The notes beneath the pieces are model-generated. The model was not told where the DNA came from. It worked only from the letters and a program-made list of their open reading frames with translations, and searched no databases. From an uncultured Chloroflexia bacterium (lineage in GTDB: Bacteria > Chloroflexota > Limnocylindria > Limnocylindrales > CSP1-4), in assembly GCA_963833225.1 (NCBI GenBank), contig CAWHXD010000008.1, forward strand, positions 96,001 to 160,000: 64,000 nt of DNA, in the 5' to 3' direction. A program made the position numbers and the translations under genes. Shown here piece after piece: positions 10,653-20,112 of this stretch; within the stretch, counting starts at the first letter, position 1; each line of letters begins with the position of its first letter.

Positions 10653-12728
10653 ATGGAACCCCGGACCCCCTCGGGGCAGGCTGTCGGCGATGCGCAGGAA
10701 GGTTGGCCAAGTCCCGTGTCCGGAGCCGGTCCCGTGATGACGACGTGCCCCGTGTGTCGGCTGGTGGTCGCGTTTGACACGCACGGCAACAGCGCGTGCG
10801 GCCACGTCCGGGCGGGCATCGTCCAGCCGCCGCCTGTCCAGCCACCACCCGTCCAGCCACAGCCTGCGCCTCCGCCACTGTCCACGTCCGCTGCCGCGCC
10901 GCTTCCACCGCCGGGCCCACAGGGCGCGCCAGGGTGGGGTTCCCCAGTCCGGCCGGCCCCCCGGTCCGCCGGCGGCATCGGACGCAAGGGCTGGATCGCC
11001 ACGGCGGCGCTCCTGGGCGGACTGCTCCTGGTGCTGGTCCTGGTCGGATCGTCGCTGGAGCCAGACGGAGCCGTGCCTGGCGGCGCGGCCGCCACGACCG
11101 CGCCGGGCTCGACGGCCGTCGGCACCCCACCACCCGCGGCCGATCCCGTCGTCGGCTCGGTCAGCGTGGGCGAGACCGCGTACGTTGGCGGCGAGCGCAG
11201 CGACCCCGGTCAGGACACGACCCTCAGCGCGCCGGCCGACGGTCCAGGGGCAGGGATCCGGATCCACATCCCGGGAGACGCCTATGGCGATCCGGTTGAC
11301 TTCGAGCTGTCGGTCTCGTCGGTCGAGGTTGATGGCTATGCGGGCCTGATCGAGCCCGCGTCGGGCCTCGTCACCATCGAGAACGGTGGGCGGTACGCGG
11401 GCATCCCGATCGCGGTGACGGTCCCAGCGGAGGTGCCCGACGGGTGGTTTGCGATGGGGTTCTACCTCCTGCCCGACGGCTCGCTCGAGCCGATGCCGCT
11501 GGTCGAGGTGAGCCCAACCTCGGTCACCGTCGCGACCCGCCATTTCAGCTCCTTCTTCATCGGGCGGATCCGCGAGATCGAGCTTCCCGAGTCGGTCGGC
11601 ACGGGGTTCCACCCGGGTGTCGATGACTTCCCCACTCCCAACTACGGCAGCGCGCTCGAACCCAACGGCCACTGTGCCGGCCAGTCGCTCGCCGAGATGT
11701 GGTACTTCGCCGAGCAGAAGCCGGACGGCGCGCCCGCCCTCTGGTCCCGCTACGACGGGATCTCGGACGTGCCCACGCCGTCGTTCTGGCGTGACGATCG
11801 GCTGGTCTACCGGCTGGCCTCGTCGGTCCAGCACGACATCGACTGGGACAGCGACGCGGTGACGAGCTACTGGACCCTCATGAAGTCCGACCGCGATGAC
11901 ATCCAGCGCGACGCGTTCCGCTACGCCATGGCGGTCACCGGGATGCCCCAGTTCGTCGGCCTCACCGAGTCCGGTCGTACCGGAGGCCACGCGATCGTCG
12001 CCTACGCCGTGACCCCGCATGGCCTGTGGGTGGCCGATCCGAACTTCCCGGGTGCCCTGCGCGAGATCGAGTGGGATGCGCAGCACAACGAGTTCGTGCC
12101 CTACCTGTCGGGTGCGACCGCGGCGAAGTCCGATCACGCCTACAACCGGCCGGCTTTCTTCGGCAAGACGGCCTTCGTCCCGTGGGAGAAGGTCGGAGAC
12201 CGGTTCGCCGAGGCGAACGTCGGCACCATTGGGAACGGGGCGTATCCCGCCGGGACGCTGCTAATCGGCACCTCCAACGCCAAGGGCAAGACGAAGTGGG
12301 AGGCCTTCACCGATGGCATGACCCTGCCCGGCCAGGAGGTGCTGCTCAAGTACCTGCCCGACGATCCGGCCGACACGATGAACGCCACCCTCTACAACGG
12401 CGAGGGCCGCGTGATCGCCAACATCCGGTCGGGCAAGGCCAGGACCGTCACGCTCGGCTACGGGATCAACGACCTCGGCGTGTTCATCACCGCGGAGGTG
12501 AACGGCAACTTCGAGGCGGTCGACTTCACGTCCCTCACGGTGCGGACGCCGCCGCCCGGGGACCTCCCGGTCGCCACGGACCCGCCGGTCCCGGCCGATC
12601 CGGTCGCGACCGATCCGCCCCAGGCCACGCCGGCACCGCCGTCTGGCGGCTATGACTGCTCCAAGCCGCGGCCCACGGGCATCAAGGGGCTGGACTGGGA
12701 CCTGCACTGCACCGGGATCTCGCCGTGA
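10653..12728 (+). CDS. Membrane-anchored extracellular protein with papain-like Cys-His-Asp motifs
   Basis: Pro-rich N-terminus, one TM helix, then GHCAGQS, GGHAIVAY and WVADPNFP. Confidence 0.65.
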   Translation: MEPRTPSGQAVGDAQEGWPSPVSGAGPVMTTCPVCRLVVAFDTHGNSACGHVRAGIVQPPPVQPPPVQPQPAPPPLSTSAAAPLPPPGPQGAPGWGSPVRPAPRSAGGIGRKGWIATAALLGGLLLVLVLVGSSLEPDGAVPGGAAATTAPGSTAVGTPPPAADPVVGSVSVGETAYVGGERSDPGQDTTLSAPADGPGAGIRIHIPGDAYGDPVDFELSVSSVEVDGYAGLIEPASGLVTIENGGRYAGIPIAVTVPAEVPDGWFAMGFYLLPDGSLEPMPLVEVSPTSVTVATRHFSSFFIGRIREIELPESVGTGFHPGVDDFPTPNYGSALEPNGHCAGQSLAEMWYFAEQKPDGAPALWSRYDGISDVPTPSFWRDDRLVYRLASSVQHDIDWDSDAVTSYWTLMKSDRDDIQRDAFRYAMAVTGMPQFVGLTESGRTGGHAIVAYAVTPHGLWVADPNFPGALREIEWDAQHNEFVPYLSGATAAKSDHAYNRPAFFGKTAFVPWEKVGDRFAEANVGTIGNGAYPAGTLLIGTSNAKGKTKWEAFTDGMTLPGQEVLLKYLPDDPADTMNATLYNGEGRVIANIRSGKARTVTLGYGINDLGVFITAEVNGNFEAVDFTSLTVRTPPPGDLPVATDPPVPADPVATDPPQATPAPPSGGYDCSKPRPTGIKGLDWDLHCTGISP

Positions 12729-12785
12729 GCGGCGTACCTTCGGGGGATTTCGCGTCGGCCGATCGCTCCCGTATCGTCCCGGATC

Positions 12786-13406
12786 ATGACGGCGCCGCTG
12801 AGCCCACTGCACTTCGTGCTCCAGCGCACGCCCGAGGAGATCTTCGAGCCGGACTCCGTGACGGAGGCCCCGCTCGTCCGCTTCGCGGCGTATGCCTCGC
12901 ACCACCGCATCTCCGGCTGGGTACGGCTGCACGCCGACCGGCTGACAGACCTGCTCAACGCCCATGACGGCCTGGTGCTGACCGACGTCGACATCGAGGA
13001 CCTTGACGAGGGGACCCGGCACCGCTCGGATCGGATCCAGGTGGCCACCCGGGAGCTCGTGGCCGTGCATGCCGCGGGGCCGCGCGGCGACGAGGCCCTT
13101 CGCCACCGGACGCGCGCGCATGCGCTGGCGATCCGGACCGGCTCCTACCTCATCGCGGGCCATCTCCACGTTGACCCCGGCGTCGACCCGCTTGAGAGCC
13201 TCCGGCTGCGCCCTGCGATGGTTCCGCTCACGGATGCCTGGCTCGAGTACTGGACGGATGGAGCGGCGCGCCGGCACGGCATCGGGACGATCGTCGTCAA
13301 CCGCGACGCGGCCGACTTCATCGATCTCGTGACCGACGACGACCTGATCGAGGGGCTCCTGCGGCCTGACGCGATGCCGGAGGCGGACACCGTCGCATCG
13401 GCATAG
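12786..13406 (+). CDS. Hypothetical protein with two similar beta-rich halves
   Basis: HRISGWVRL..RLTDLLN..LVLTDV resembles YLIAGHLHV..MVPLTDA; coding-like codon use. Confidence 0.7.
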   Translation: MTAPLSPLHFVLQRTPEEIFEPDSVTEAPLVRFAAYASHHRISGWVRLHADRLTDLLNAHDGLVLTDVDIEDLDEGTRHRSDRIQVATRELVAVHAAGPRGDEALRHRTRAHALAIRTGSYLIAGHLHVDPGVDPLESLRLRPAMVPLTDAWLEYWTDGAARRHGIGTIVVNRDAADFIDLVTDDDLIEGLLRPDAMPEADTVASA

Positions 13407-13474
13407 GGCCGCGTCGTGGGTCGGTCCCTGCGCCCGCCTCGCCGGTCTCGCCGGTCTCGCGCGGCAGGCGGTGG

Positions 13475-15007
13475 TCAGCGGCAGTCCTTGCCGGCCGGGA
13501 GTGGCGCCGCCGGTGGCAGCGGACCGCTGAGGGCACCGCGCACGACCGAGCGGACCCGGGCGATCGCGTCCTTGTCGAGGTGCTCGGGGTAGGCCGGAGG
13601 GACGAACCTGACGGCCAGCACCCGCCGCAGGTTCACGCGTGCCGCCAGGTCAGCCAGCTCGCGGATGTCCCCTCGCCGGATGGTCGTCCACACGTTGTCG
13701 CGCGCGATCTTGAGCAGCCCCGATACCCGCGGCGCGAGCTCGACCGGGTCGACGTTGTGCGCCAGGGCAAGGAGCACATCCTGCTGCCGTCGCATCCGGC
13801 CGTAGTCGGAGTCCTGGTGGCGTGACCGGGCATAGGCGAGGGCCATCCGTCCACTCAGGTGCTGGCACCCGCGCGCGAAATCGACGGTGATCAGGCCGGA
13901 CCCGTCCTCCAGCGGGTACTTGTCGTCGTGCAGCGGCTCGGTGATGTCGATCCACAGGCCGCCCAGCTCGTCGATGAGCTGCACGAAGCCGGCCAGATTG
14001 ACCACGGCCATCCCGTCGAGCGGCACGCCCACGAGCTCCTGGACGGCACCCGCCACGGCCCGGTAGCCCCGGTTCTCGCCGCCGGGGAACTTGTTGGGAT
14101 GGCCCATCGCGTACACGTACAGCGAGTTCAGCAGGTGCGGGTAGCGGCCGTTGGGGAAGGCACCGGCGCTCTCGGGCGCCAGCGGGACGCCAACCAGGTT
14201 TCGGGGGATGCCGAACAGCGCGGCTCGACCGGACTTGGTGTTGACGGACAGCAGGATCATGGTGTCGGTGCGCAGGCTCCAGCGGTCGGGACCGGCGTCG
14301 GCGCCCACGAGCAGCAGGTTGAGCCGTCCATCCCGGGCCCAGGCCGGCCCCGGGTCGGGTGTCGAGGTCGGCGGTGCCGTGTCCGGAGCGGAACCCGACG
14401 CCGTGGGTTCGCTGCCGCCGGTGGTGGCACCGGGTGTCGCGGACGGGCCGACCCCAGGGGATCCACCCGGCGACGGCGAGCCCGGAGCGGGCAACGATGC
14501 CTCCGCATCCGGCTCGGTGGAGGCAACGTCATCAAAGTTCGCGGGTGGGATGACCCCTTCCTCCGGATCGCCCTCGTCACCCGGCAGGAAGATGGCGTCC
14601 AGGGTCATGTTGGCGTCGATGCCCACGGCCTCCACGTAGCCGTGGAGTCCGAGCGTCGCGGCGACGAGCAGGAGCAGGGCACCCTTGGCCACCACCCCGG
14701 GGCCACCGTTCGAGCCCCTGCGGACGCCGAGGCGCCAGGCGTCCACGATCGCCACGACGTGATACGCGGCGAGCACCACGTTGACCACGAGCAGCAGCGT
14801 CAGGATGGACGGGTCGACGAGGAGACCGGCGATGTCCATGCTCGTCGCCCCGACCAGGGCAACCAGCACGACGAGCGCGGTGGCGACGGCGGGTGCGGCC
14901 ATGACCGCGGCACGCCCGACGGACCCGAGCGCCAGCTGCCCGGCCCCGGGCAGCACGAACGAGAGGGCCGCCGCGAGCGTTGGTGAGCGCCGGACAGACA
15001 CGTGCAT
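13475..15007 (-). CDS. LCP (LytR-CpsA-Psr) family cell-envelope transferase
   Basis: LNLLLVGAD, RTDTMILL, GIPRNL, ALAYARSRHQDSDYGRMRRQQ; N-terminal TM helices. Confidence 0.93.
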   Translation of the reverse strand: MHVSVRRSPTLAAALSFVLPGAGQLALGSVGRAAVMAAPAVATALVVLVALVGATSMDIAGLLVDPSILTLLLVVNVVLAAYHVVAIVDAWRLGVRRGSNGGPGVVAKGALLLLVAATLGLHGYVEAVGIDANMTLDAIFLPGDEGDPEEGVIPPANFDDVASTEPDAEASLPAPGSPSPGGSPGVGPSATPGATTGGSEPTASGSAPDTAPPTSTPDPGPAWARDGRLNLLLVGADAGPDRWSLRTDTMILLSVNTKSGRAALFGIPRNLVGVPLAPESAGAFPNGRYPHLLNSLYVYAMGHPNKFPGGENRGYRAVAGAVQELVGVPLDGMAVVNLAGFVQLIDELGGLWIDITEPLHDDKYPLEDGSGLITVDFARGCQHLSGRMALAYARSRHQDSDYGRMRRQQDVLLALAHNVDPVELAPRVSGLLKIARDNVWTTIRRGDIRELADLAARVNLRRVLAVRFVPPAYPEHLDKDAIARVRSVVRGALSGPLPPAAPLPAGKDCR

Positions 15008-15154
15008 ACCCCCGGGGGACGGACCGATGTCAGGACGATGCGCCGCCGGGCATCGGAGCGCATGTGGCGAAGGTCACCTGCTCGTGCGACGACGCGGTGA
15101 GCGATCCGCGCCGGTCCCGGGCCAGGCGGCGGCCGGCGAGGCTGTCGGGGTCGC

Positions 15155-16762
15155 CTACTCCACGATCGAGTCCGTGAACGTGATCGAGCTGCCGAGGAAG
15201 AAGATCCCGGGGTACGTCCAGAACCCGTCTCCAGTGTTGTTGCGGAGGACCGAGCCCACGACCTCGACCGCCCCGGACCGATCGTTGCTGACGAAGAAGA
15301 TGGCGCTGCCGCCCTCGTGGTTCGAGGTGTTGCCCTCGATCCGGGTGCCCTCGACGTGGAGCGTCATCGCGTTGCCGTCGTTGTAGATCGCGCCGCCATT
15401 GCCACCGCCGGGCGTGCCGGGCTTGGCGGGGTTGGCCCCGGTGCCGGTGGCCCGATTGCCGGTGAACAGGCTGTTGAGGATCGTCCACGACACGCCGATC
15501 GACGAGATCCCGCCGCCGTTGGAGCCCTCGTTGCGGCGCGCGCCCGTGCCACCGAACGTGCTGTCGACGACGTACACGGGCAGGCCGTTGAACTGCGAGA
15601 ACACCTGGATGGCGGCACCGCCCACGTCAGGCCCGGTCCCGGCGCACCGGTTGCCGTAGAAGCCGGCATTCACCACCCGGAACCGGCCGCCACGCACGAA
15701 GATCGCTCCCCCGCCGTCCATCGTGTCCTTGCCCCTGGTACGCCCGTCCACGAACGTGATGTTCTGGACGGTCAGCGTGGGGTGGGCCTGGTCCTGGCAG
15801 TGGTCCGTGGTCCACACGAGGTCCGGGTCGCAGGTGTTCATGTACAGGATCCGCCGGGCGTCCTGGCCGTCGAGCGTCACGAGCCCGCCGCCGTCGATCA
15901 CCACGTCGGGGTGGTTGTTGAACACCCGGGCCGTCTCGGCCATCTTGATGGTCACGGGCTCGGGGCCACAGTCGAACGTGATCACGCCGCCTGCGGCCAC
16001 CGCGTTGACCACGGCCTTGGAGGTACAGCTCGCCGGGGTCCCGTTGCCGATCACCCGGTCAGGCGACGACGTGTCCGCCGGCCCGGCGCCGGGCGGGACG
16101 GCTGCCGCCCCGTCGGGGTTGCCGGGGTCCGGCTGCGCGGGCGTGACCCGGGTGACGCCGATCACGCGGGCGAGGAACCCCGCCGTCTCGGCACGCGTGA
16201 TGGCGCGGTCCGGGCAGTACTGGTGGTGTCCGCAGCCGACCGCGAGACCCGCCGTGGCCAGCCGGTTGATCGCCGTCGAGAAGCGCGTCCCCGGGTGGAC
16301 GTCCTTGTACGGCATGGTGCCCGTCGCCGTGAGCGCGAGCGCGCGGCTCAGGAACTGCGCCATGCGGCCGCGCGTGACCCTGGTATCGGGGCAGAAGCGG
16401 TGGGCCTTGCACGGGGTCACGATCCCGGACGTCACCACCTTGTCGACGGCCTTGGCGAGCGCGGACCCGGAGACGTCACGGAACCGGATCCCGCTGGTCG
16501 CGGTGAGATGGAACGTCCGGGCGAGGAGCTTCGCCATCTCGCCGCGGTCGGCCCTGGCGTCGGGGCAGAACCTGCTGTTCCTGGGCGGGTTGCAGGGCTT
16601 CATGATCCCCGCCGCCACGACAGTCTCGATAGCGGCCTCGTACCGCGATCCGTTGTCGTCCACGAACCGACCGGAGCCGGCCGCGGCCGAGGTCGGGAAG
16701 GCCGCCGAGACGGCCAGGACGCCGATGGCCAGGATCAGCCGGAGGCGGCCGCCGATGGACAC
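15155..16762 (-). CDS. Secreted S-layer homology (SLH) protein with C-terminal parallel beta-helix domain
   Basis: Three SLH-like repeats (FCPD..VTRGRMAQFL, ITRAETAGFL); GGAIF/GGAIY beta-helix repeats. Confidence 0.82.
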   Translation of the reverse strand: MSIGGRLRLILAIGVLAVSAAFPTSAAAGSGRFVDDNGSRYEAAIETVVAAGIMKPCNPPRNSRFCPDARADRGEMAKLLARTFHLTATSGIRFRDVSGSALAKAVDKVVTSGIVTPCKAHRFCPDTRVTRGRMAQFLSRALALTATGTMPYKDVHPGTRFSTAINRLATAGLAVGCGHHQYCPDRAITRAETAGFLARVIGVTRVTPAQPDPGNPDGAAAVPPGAGPADTSSPDRVIGNGTPASCTSKAVVNAVAAGGVITFDCGPEPVTIKMAETARVFNNHPDVVIDGGGLVTLDGQDARRILYMNTCDPDLVWTTDHCQDQAHPTLTVQNITFVDGRTRGKDTMDGGGAIFVRGGRFRVVNAGFYGNRCAGTGPDVGGAAIQVFSQFNGLPVYVVDSTFGGTGARRNEGSNGGGISSIGVSWTILNSLFTGNRATGTGANPAKPGTPGGGNGGAIYNDGNAMTLHVEGTRIEGNTSNHEGGSAIFFVSNDRSGAVEVVGSVLRNNTGDGFWTYPGIFFLGSSITFTDSIVE

Positions 16763-16832
16763 AGTGTTGATCTCCCCGGACGGGTGGTCAGAGAGGCGAA
16801 CCTAGCAGGGCTATGGGGGTGCCACAAGCGGC

Positions 16833-18857
16833 CTATCCGTACTGGCCCCGCCTGGCCAGCGACGCCAGCCACTCGTCCCGATCGAGCGGGCTGGGGCCGG
16901 TGCGCCGGCGCGTCGGCGGGTCGTCCCCGCCAACGGGCTGGTAGCCGCCGGGGCGCCACTCCAGGATCCCCTCCCCCATCGACAGGCCGGGGAGCCGGGC
17001 CTGGAGGGTCCGGACGCTCGCGATGGGCATGACGGCGTCGACCCTGGACACGCCGTTCGCCGAGAACTGGCCGCGCACGCGACCATCGAGCCGGCCCAGC
17101 AGTGCCATGACGCCGGGCGTGGTCGACGCTGGCACCTCGAGCGCGAGATCCGCGAGCGGCTCGCACACCCAGGTTCCGGCCCGGTCGAGCGCCGCCAGGA
17201 GCACGAGCTGCGTGAGCCGCCGGTAGTCCGCCGCCGATGTCGCCGGCGAGCAGTACCCGCAGTCGGTCATGGTGACCCGGCAGTCGGTCACCTGCCAGCC
17301 GGCGAGACCCTCCGTCAGCGCCTCGCGGGCGTATGCCTCCATCTGCGTCACGAAGGTGTCGACGGTGTGGAACAGGTAGAGCGGGACCAGCTTCGGCTCC
17401 ACGTCGGCCCGGAACTCGACCCCGGATCCCGGCGGAGCCGGCTCGATCCGGAGCGCCAGCGTGGCCAGGAACGGGTTCGTGCTCAGCGGGGAGCTCCGAC
17501 CGGTGATGTTGGTGTGCGTCCTCGCGCTGATGACCTCCTCGGCCTCGCCGACCCGTGCGGGACGCTCGATGCATACCGTGGTCGTCTGCCGGAAGCTGGT
17601 ACCGATCCCGTACTCGCGCTCCAGCGTGGCCCCGATGACCTCCTTCTGGACCTCGCCGTAGAGCGAGACCGAGATCTCGTGCCGGTGATCATCCTGGCGG
17701 ACATCGATCAGCGGGTCCTGCTCGGCGAGCTGCGCGAGCGCCGCGCGGAGGCTCCCGGACTGCTCGGGCCGGAGCGGATACACGACCGCCTCCAGCGCCG
17801 GCCGCGGGAAGCGCGTGGCAACCGCCTCGCCCGGCGGCGGCTCCCCGATGGCGTCACCGACGCGGACCATCCCGAGACCGCGGACCGCCGCCATCTCCCC
17901 CGCCGTGAGGACGTCGCGACGGGGCGCGCCCGCTGGCGCGAAGACCTTGATCGATGTCGGCTTGGCCTCCTCCCCTCCCCCAACGCGGACGCGCTGACGA
18001 GGACGGAGCGTGCCCGCGAACAGCCGGACGTAGGCAAGGCGCTCGCCCGACACGGTCCGCTCGATCTTGAACACGCGACCCGAGACGGCCGCGTCCGGAT
18101 CGCCGCGGACACCGGAGAGGAGCTCGTCCGCACCCGCGAGCAGCGCGTCGATCCCCACGCCCCTCGCCGCCGAGCCGAAGTACACCGGGTGGACCCAGCC
18201 TCGGCGTGTCTGGGCGGCCACCTCCGCCCGCAGCCGCGACGGAGACAGCCCGGCCTCGTCCTGCACGTACGCTCGCAGGATCGCCTCGTCCCGTTCGGCC
18301 AGGATCTCCGTCAGTCTCGTGCGGTGGCCATCATCGTCCGGCGCGAACGGCACGAACGCGGCGTCCCGGGTGCCGGGCGACTGGACCGTGCCCATCGGCA
18401 CCACGCCCGGCGACAGCCGGCGGGCCATCGACGCCAGCACCCCCTCCGGGTCCGCACCGGCCCGGTCGATCTTGTTGACGAAGATCATGGTCGGGACGTG
18501 GAGGCGATGCAGGGCGCGGAACAGCAGCGGGGTCTGGGGCTGGACGCCCTCGACCGCGGGCACGACCAGGACCGCGCCGTCGAGCACGCTCAGGACACGC
18601 TCGACCTCCGCGATGAAGTCCGGGTGGCCGGGGGTGTCGACGAGGTTGACCGCGAGGTCGCCCACCAGGAACGAGGCGACCGCGGACCGGATGGTGATGC
18701 CGCGTTCGCGCTCGAGATCGAGCGAATCGGTCTGAGTGGTGCCGGCGTCGACGCTGCCGGCGCGATCGATGGCCCCTGCGGTGAACAGGAGCCGCTCGGT
18801 GAGGGTGGTCTTACCGGCGTCGACGTGAGCGAGAATGCCAAGGTTGAGCGTGCGCAT
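16833..18857 (-). CDS. Tetracycline ribosomal protection protein (TetM/OtrA-like translational GTPase)
   Basis: LNLGILAHVDAGKTTLTERLL, ERERGITI, DTPGHPDF, LYGEVQKEVI, and a domain IV loop GYCSPATSAADYRRL. Confidence 0.88.
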   Translation of the reverse strand: MRTLNLGILAHVDAGKTTLTERLLFTAGAIDRAGSVDAGTTQTDSLDLERERGITIRSAVASFLVGDLAVNLVDTPGHPDFIAEVERVLSVLDGAVLVVPAVEGVQPQTPLLFRALHRLHVPTMIFVNKIDRAGADPEGVLASMARRLSPGVVPMGTVQSPGTRDAAFVPFAPDDDGHRTRLTEILAERDEAILRAYVQDEAGLSPSRLRAEVAAQTRRGWVHPVYFGSAARGVGIDALLAGADELLSGVRGDPDAAVSGRVFKIERTVSGERLAYVRLFAGTLRPRQRVRVGGGEEAKPTSIKVFAPAGAPRRDVLTAGEMAAVRGLGMVRVGDAIGEPPPGEAVATRFPRPALEAVVYPLRPEQSGSLRAALAQLAEQDPLIDVRQDDHRHEISVSLYGEVQKEVIGATLEREYGIGTSFRQTTTVCIERPARVGEAEEVISARTHTNITGRSSPLSTNPFLATLALRIEPAPPGSGVEFRADVEPKLVPLYLFHTVDTFVTQMEAYAREALTEGLAGWQVTDCRVTMTDCGYCSPATSAADYRRLTQLVLLAALDRAGTWVCEPLADLALEVPASTTPGVMALLGRLDGRVRGQFSANGVSRVDAVMPIASVRTLQARLPGLSMGEGILEWRPGGYQPVGGDDPPTRRRTGPSPLDRDEWLASLARRGQYG

Positions 18858-18925
18858 GGAGCCTCATGCCTTCCAAGGAGGTGATCACCTTCTGGCTGGA
18901 CACGGGTGCTCCCATCTCGCTCCTT
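18811..18925 (-). promoter_or_regulatory. Putative attenuator leader (34-codon uORF plus anti-SD element) of the RPP gene
   Basis: AAGGAG precedes ATG at 18915; ORF MGAPVSSQKVITSLEGMRLHAHAQPWHSRSRRRR* ends at 18811. The mRNA contains GATCACCTCCTT. Confidence 0.45.
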
Positions 18926-19021
18926 CCTCGCGAAACCGGCGCTGGCTGCGCCAGAACCAGCCTCGCATGCCGCGTCAAGCGAAGCGAGCCCGGAAGCTGG
19001 CGTTACGTCTCTGGCAGGTCG

Positions 19022-19831
19022 TCAGCGGAGGCGGCCACCCGGCCGGAAGCTGCCTCGCAGCCAGCGGATGAAGAACATGGCATGGCGATGGTAGGTGTCG
19101 ACGGTCACCGGCGCCCGACCGGCGGCCTCGATCGTGCGGGCGTACGCCGACGCCTGTCGCACGAGCTCGTCCGCGGTGACCGCGTCCCGCGGGACCGGGC
19201 GTCCTCCGGGGCCGGCGCCGCGCGGTCGGTATTCCCCGGTCCGCCAGTCGAGGAAGCGGCGCGCGTAGTCCCAGTAGCTGTGGATCGCGTTCGGGCGCAT
19301 GCCGGCATCCCGGCAGGCCTGCTCGTAGCGGGCAAGCTCGCGGACGAGCTGGGCGTCGTCCCACGGGCCTCCGTGCGGCGCGTGGGCCGCGCGTTGTTCC
19401 GCCATCCGCCGCCCCTCCACGAACGGGTTCTCGATGCGGACTCCGCCGTACATGGCGCCGTCGGCCAGGTCCTCCGTCAGCAGCCGCGAGCAGCCCGCCG
19501 CCTTCGCCGCCGCGATAATGAGCGCATCCCAGTACGAGACCTGCCACGCGCGAGTGCCCGAGATCGCTGCCGACACGAGCTCTGCGTCGATCGGAACGAC
19601 CGGCAGGTGACGCATTCGCTCGACCATGCTGCCGGCGGCGGCCTCCGTCACCCGTCGCCCGAACTTCTGGGTGACCGTGACGTAGAACTCCCCCAGCACC
19701 TGCGCCGACAGGACGAGAGCGCTCCCGCCCGACGGTTCCAGGACGGCGCGCGCCTGGGCCTGCTTGGCCGGCTCATCCGCATCGACCGCGTACACCCAGA
19801 CGTTGGTGTCAACGAAGGATCGGGCGGTCAT
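19022..19831 (-). CDS. PIN-domain toxin with a C-terminal tandem helical-repeat extension
   Basis: FVDTNVWVYA, QVLGEF, SYWDALII, LLTEDL, IENPF, then about 130 extra aa with two repeats. Confidence 0.85.
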   Translation of the reverse strand: MTARSFVDTNVWVYAVDADEPAKQAQARAVLEPSGGSALVLSAQVLGEFYVTVTQKFGRRVTEAAAGSMVERMRHLPVVPIDAELVSAAISGTRAWQVSYWDALIIAAAKAAGCSRLLTEDLADGAMYGGVRIENPFVEGRRMAEQRAAHAPHGGPWDDAQLVRELARYEQACRDAGMRPNAIHSYWDYARRFLDWRTGEYRPRGAGPGGRPVPRDAVTADELVRQASAYARTIEAAGRAPVTVDTYHRHAMFFIRWLRGSFRPGGRLR

Positions 19832-20054
19832 ACAGCTCGTCCCGCGTCCAGGTGCGCCCCGCTCCCCCACTCCCGGCAGTGGTGGCGTCAGCCAGCTCGA
19901 GGAAGGCCGTGAGCGCCTCCTCGGCCGGGTCCGGTCCGGCATATCGCTCGAGGTACGCGGCGACCAGCGCATTCACCGAGATGCCCTGCTCGAGCGCCCG
20001 ACGACGCGCCCTGCGGATGATGTCGCCCTCGATGGAGATGGTCAGGTTCGCCAT
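19809..20054 (-). CDS. Antitoxin (RHH, DUF6364-like)
   Basis: MANLTISIEGDIIRRAR..GISVNALVAAYL..WTRDELY; overlaps the PIN gene. Confidence 0.85.
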   Translation of the reverse strand: MANLTISIEGDIIRRARRRALEQGISVNALVAAYLERYAGPDPAEEALTAFLELADATTAGSGGAGRTWTRDELYDRPILR

Positions 20055-20061
20055 AATGTCG

Positions 20062-20076
20062 CCAGTGTAGCACTGG
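20062..20076 (-). promoter_or_regulatory. TA operator palindrome overlapping the -10 box
   Basis: CCAGTG-TAG-CACTGG; minus-strand TACACT at 20069-20064 just upstream of the antitoxin ATG. Confidence 0.55.
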
Positions 20077-20112
20077 TCACGCTGCGAACCGGCCCATGCG
20101 ACGATCAGCATC

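Noticed and set aside
18875-18886. 16S rRNA 3'-end sequence suggesting an rRNA fragment
   Set aside because: Only 12 nt match and the flanks are not rRNA-like; treated as a leader element.
19022-19400. Integrase remnant or mobile element
   Set aside because: No catalytic tyrosine-recombinase domain, att site or adjacent tRNA.
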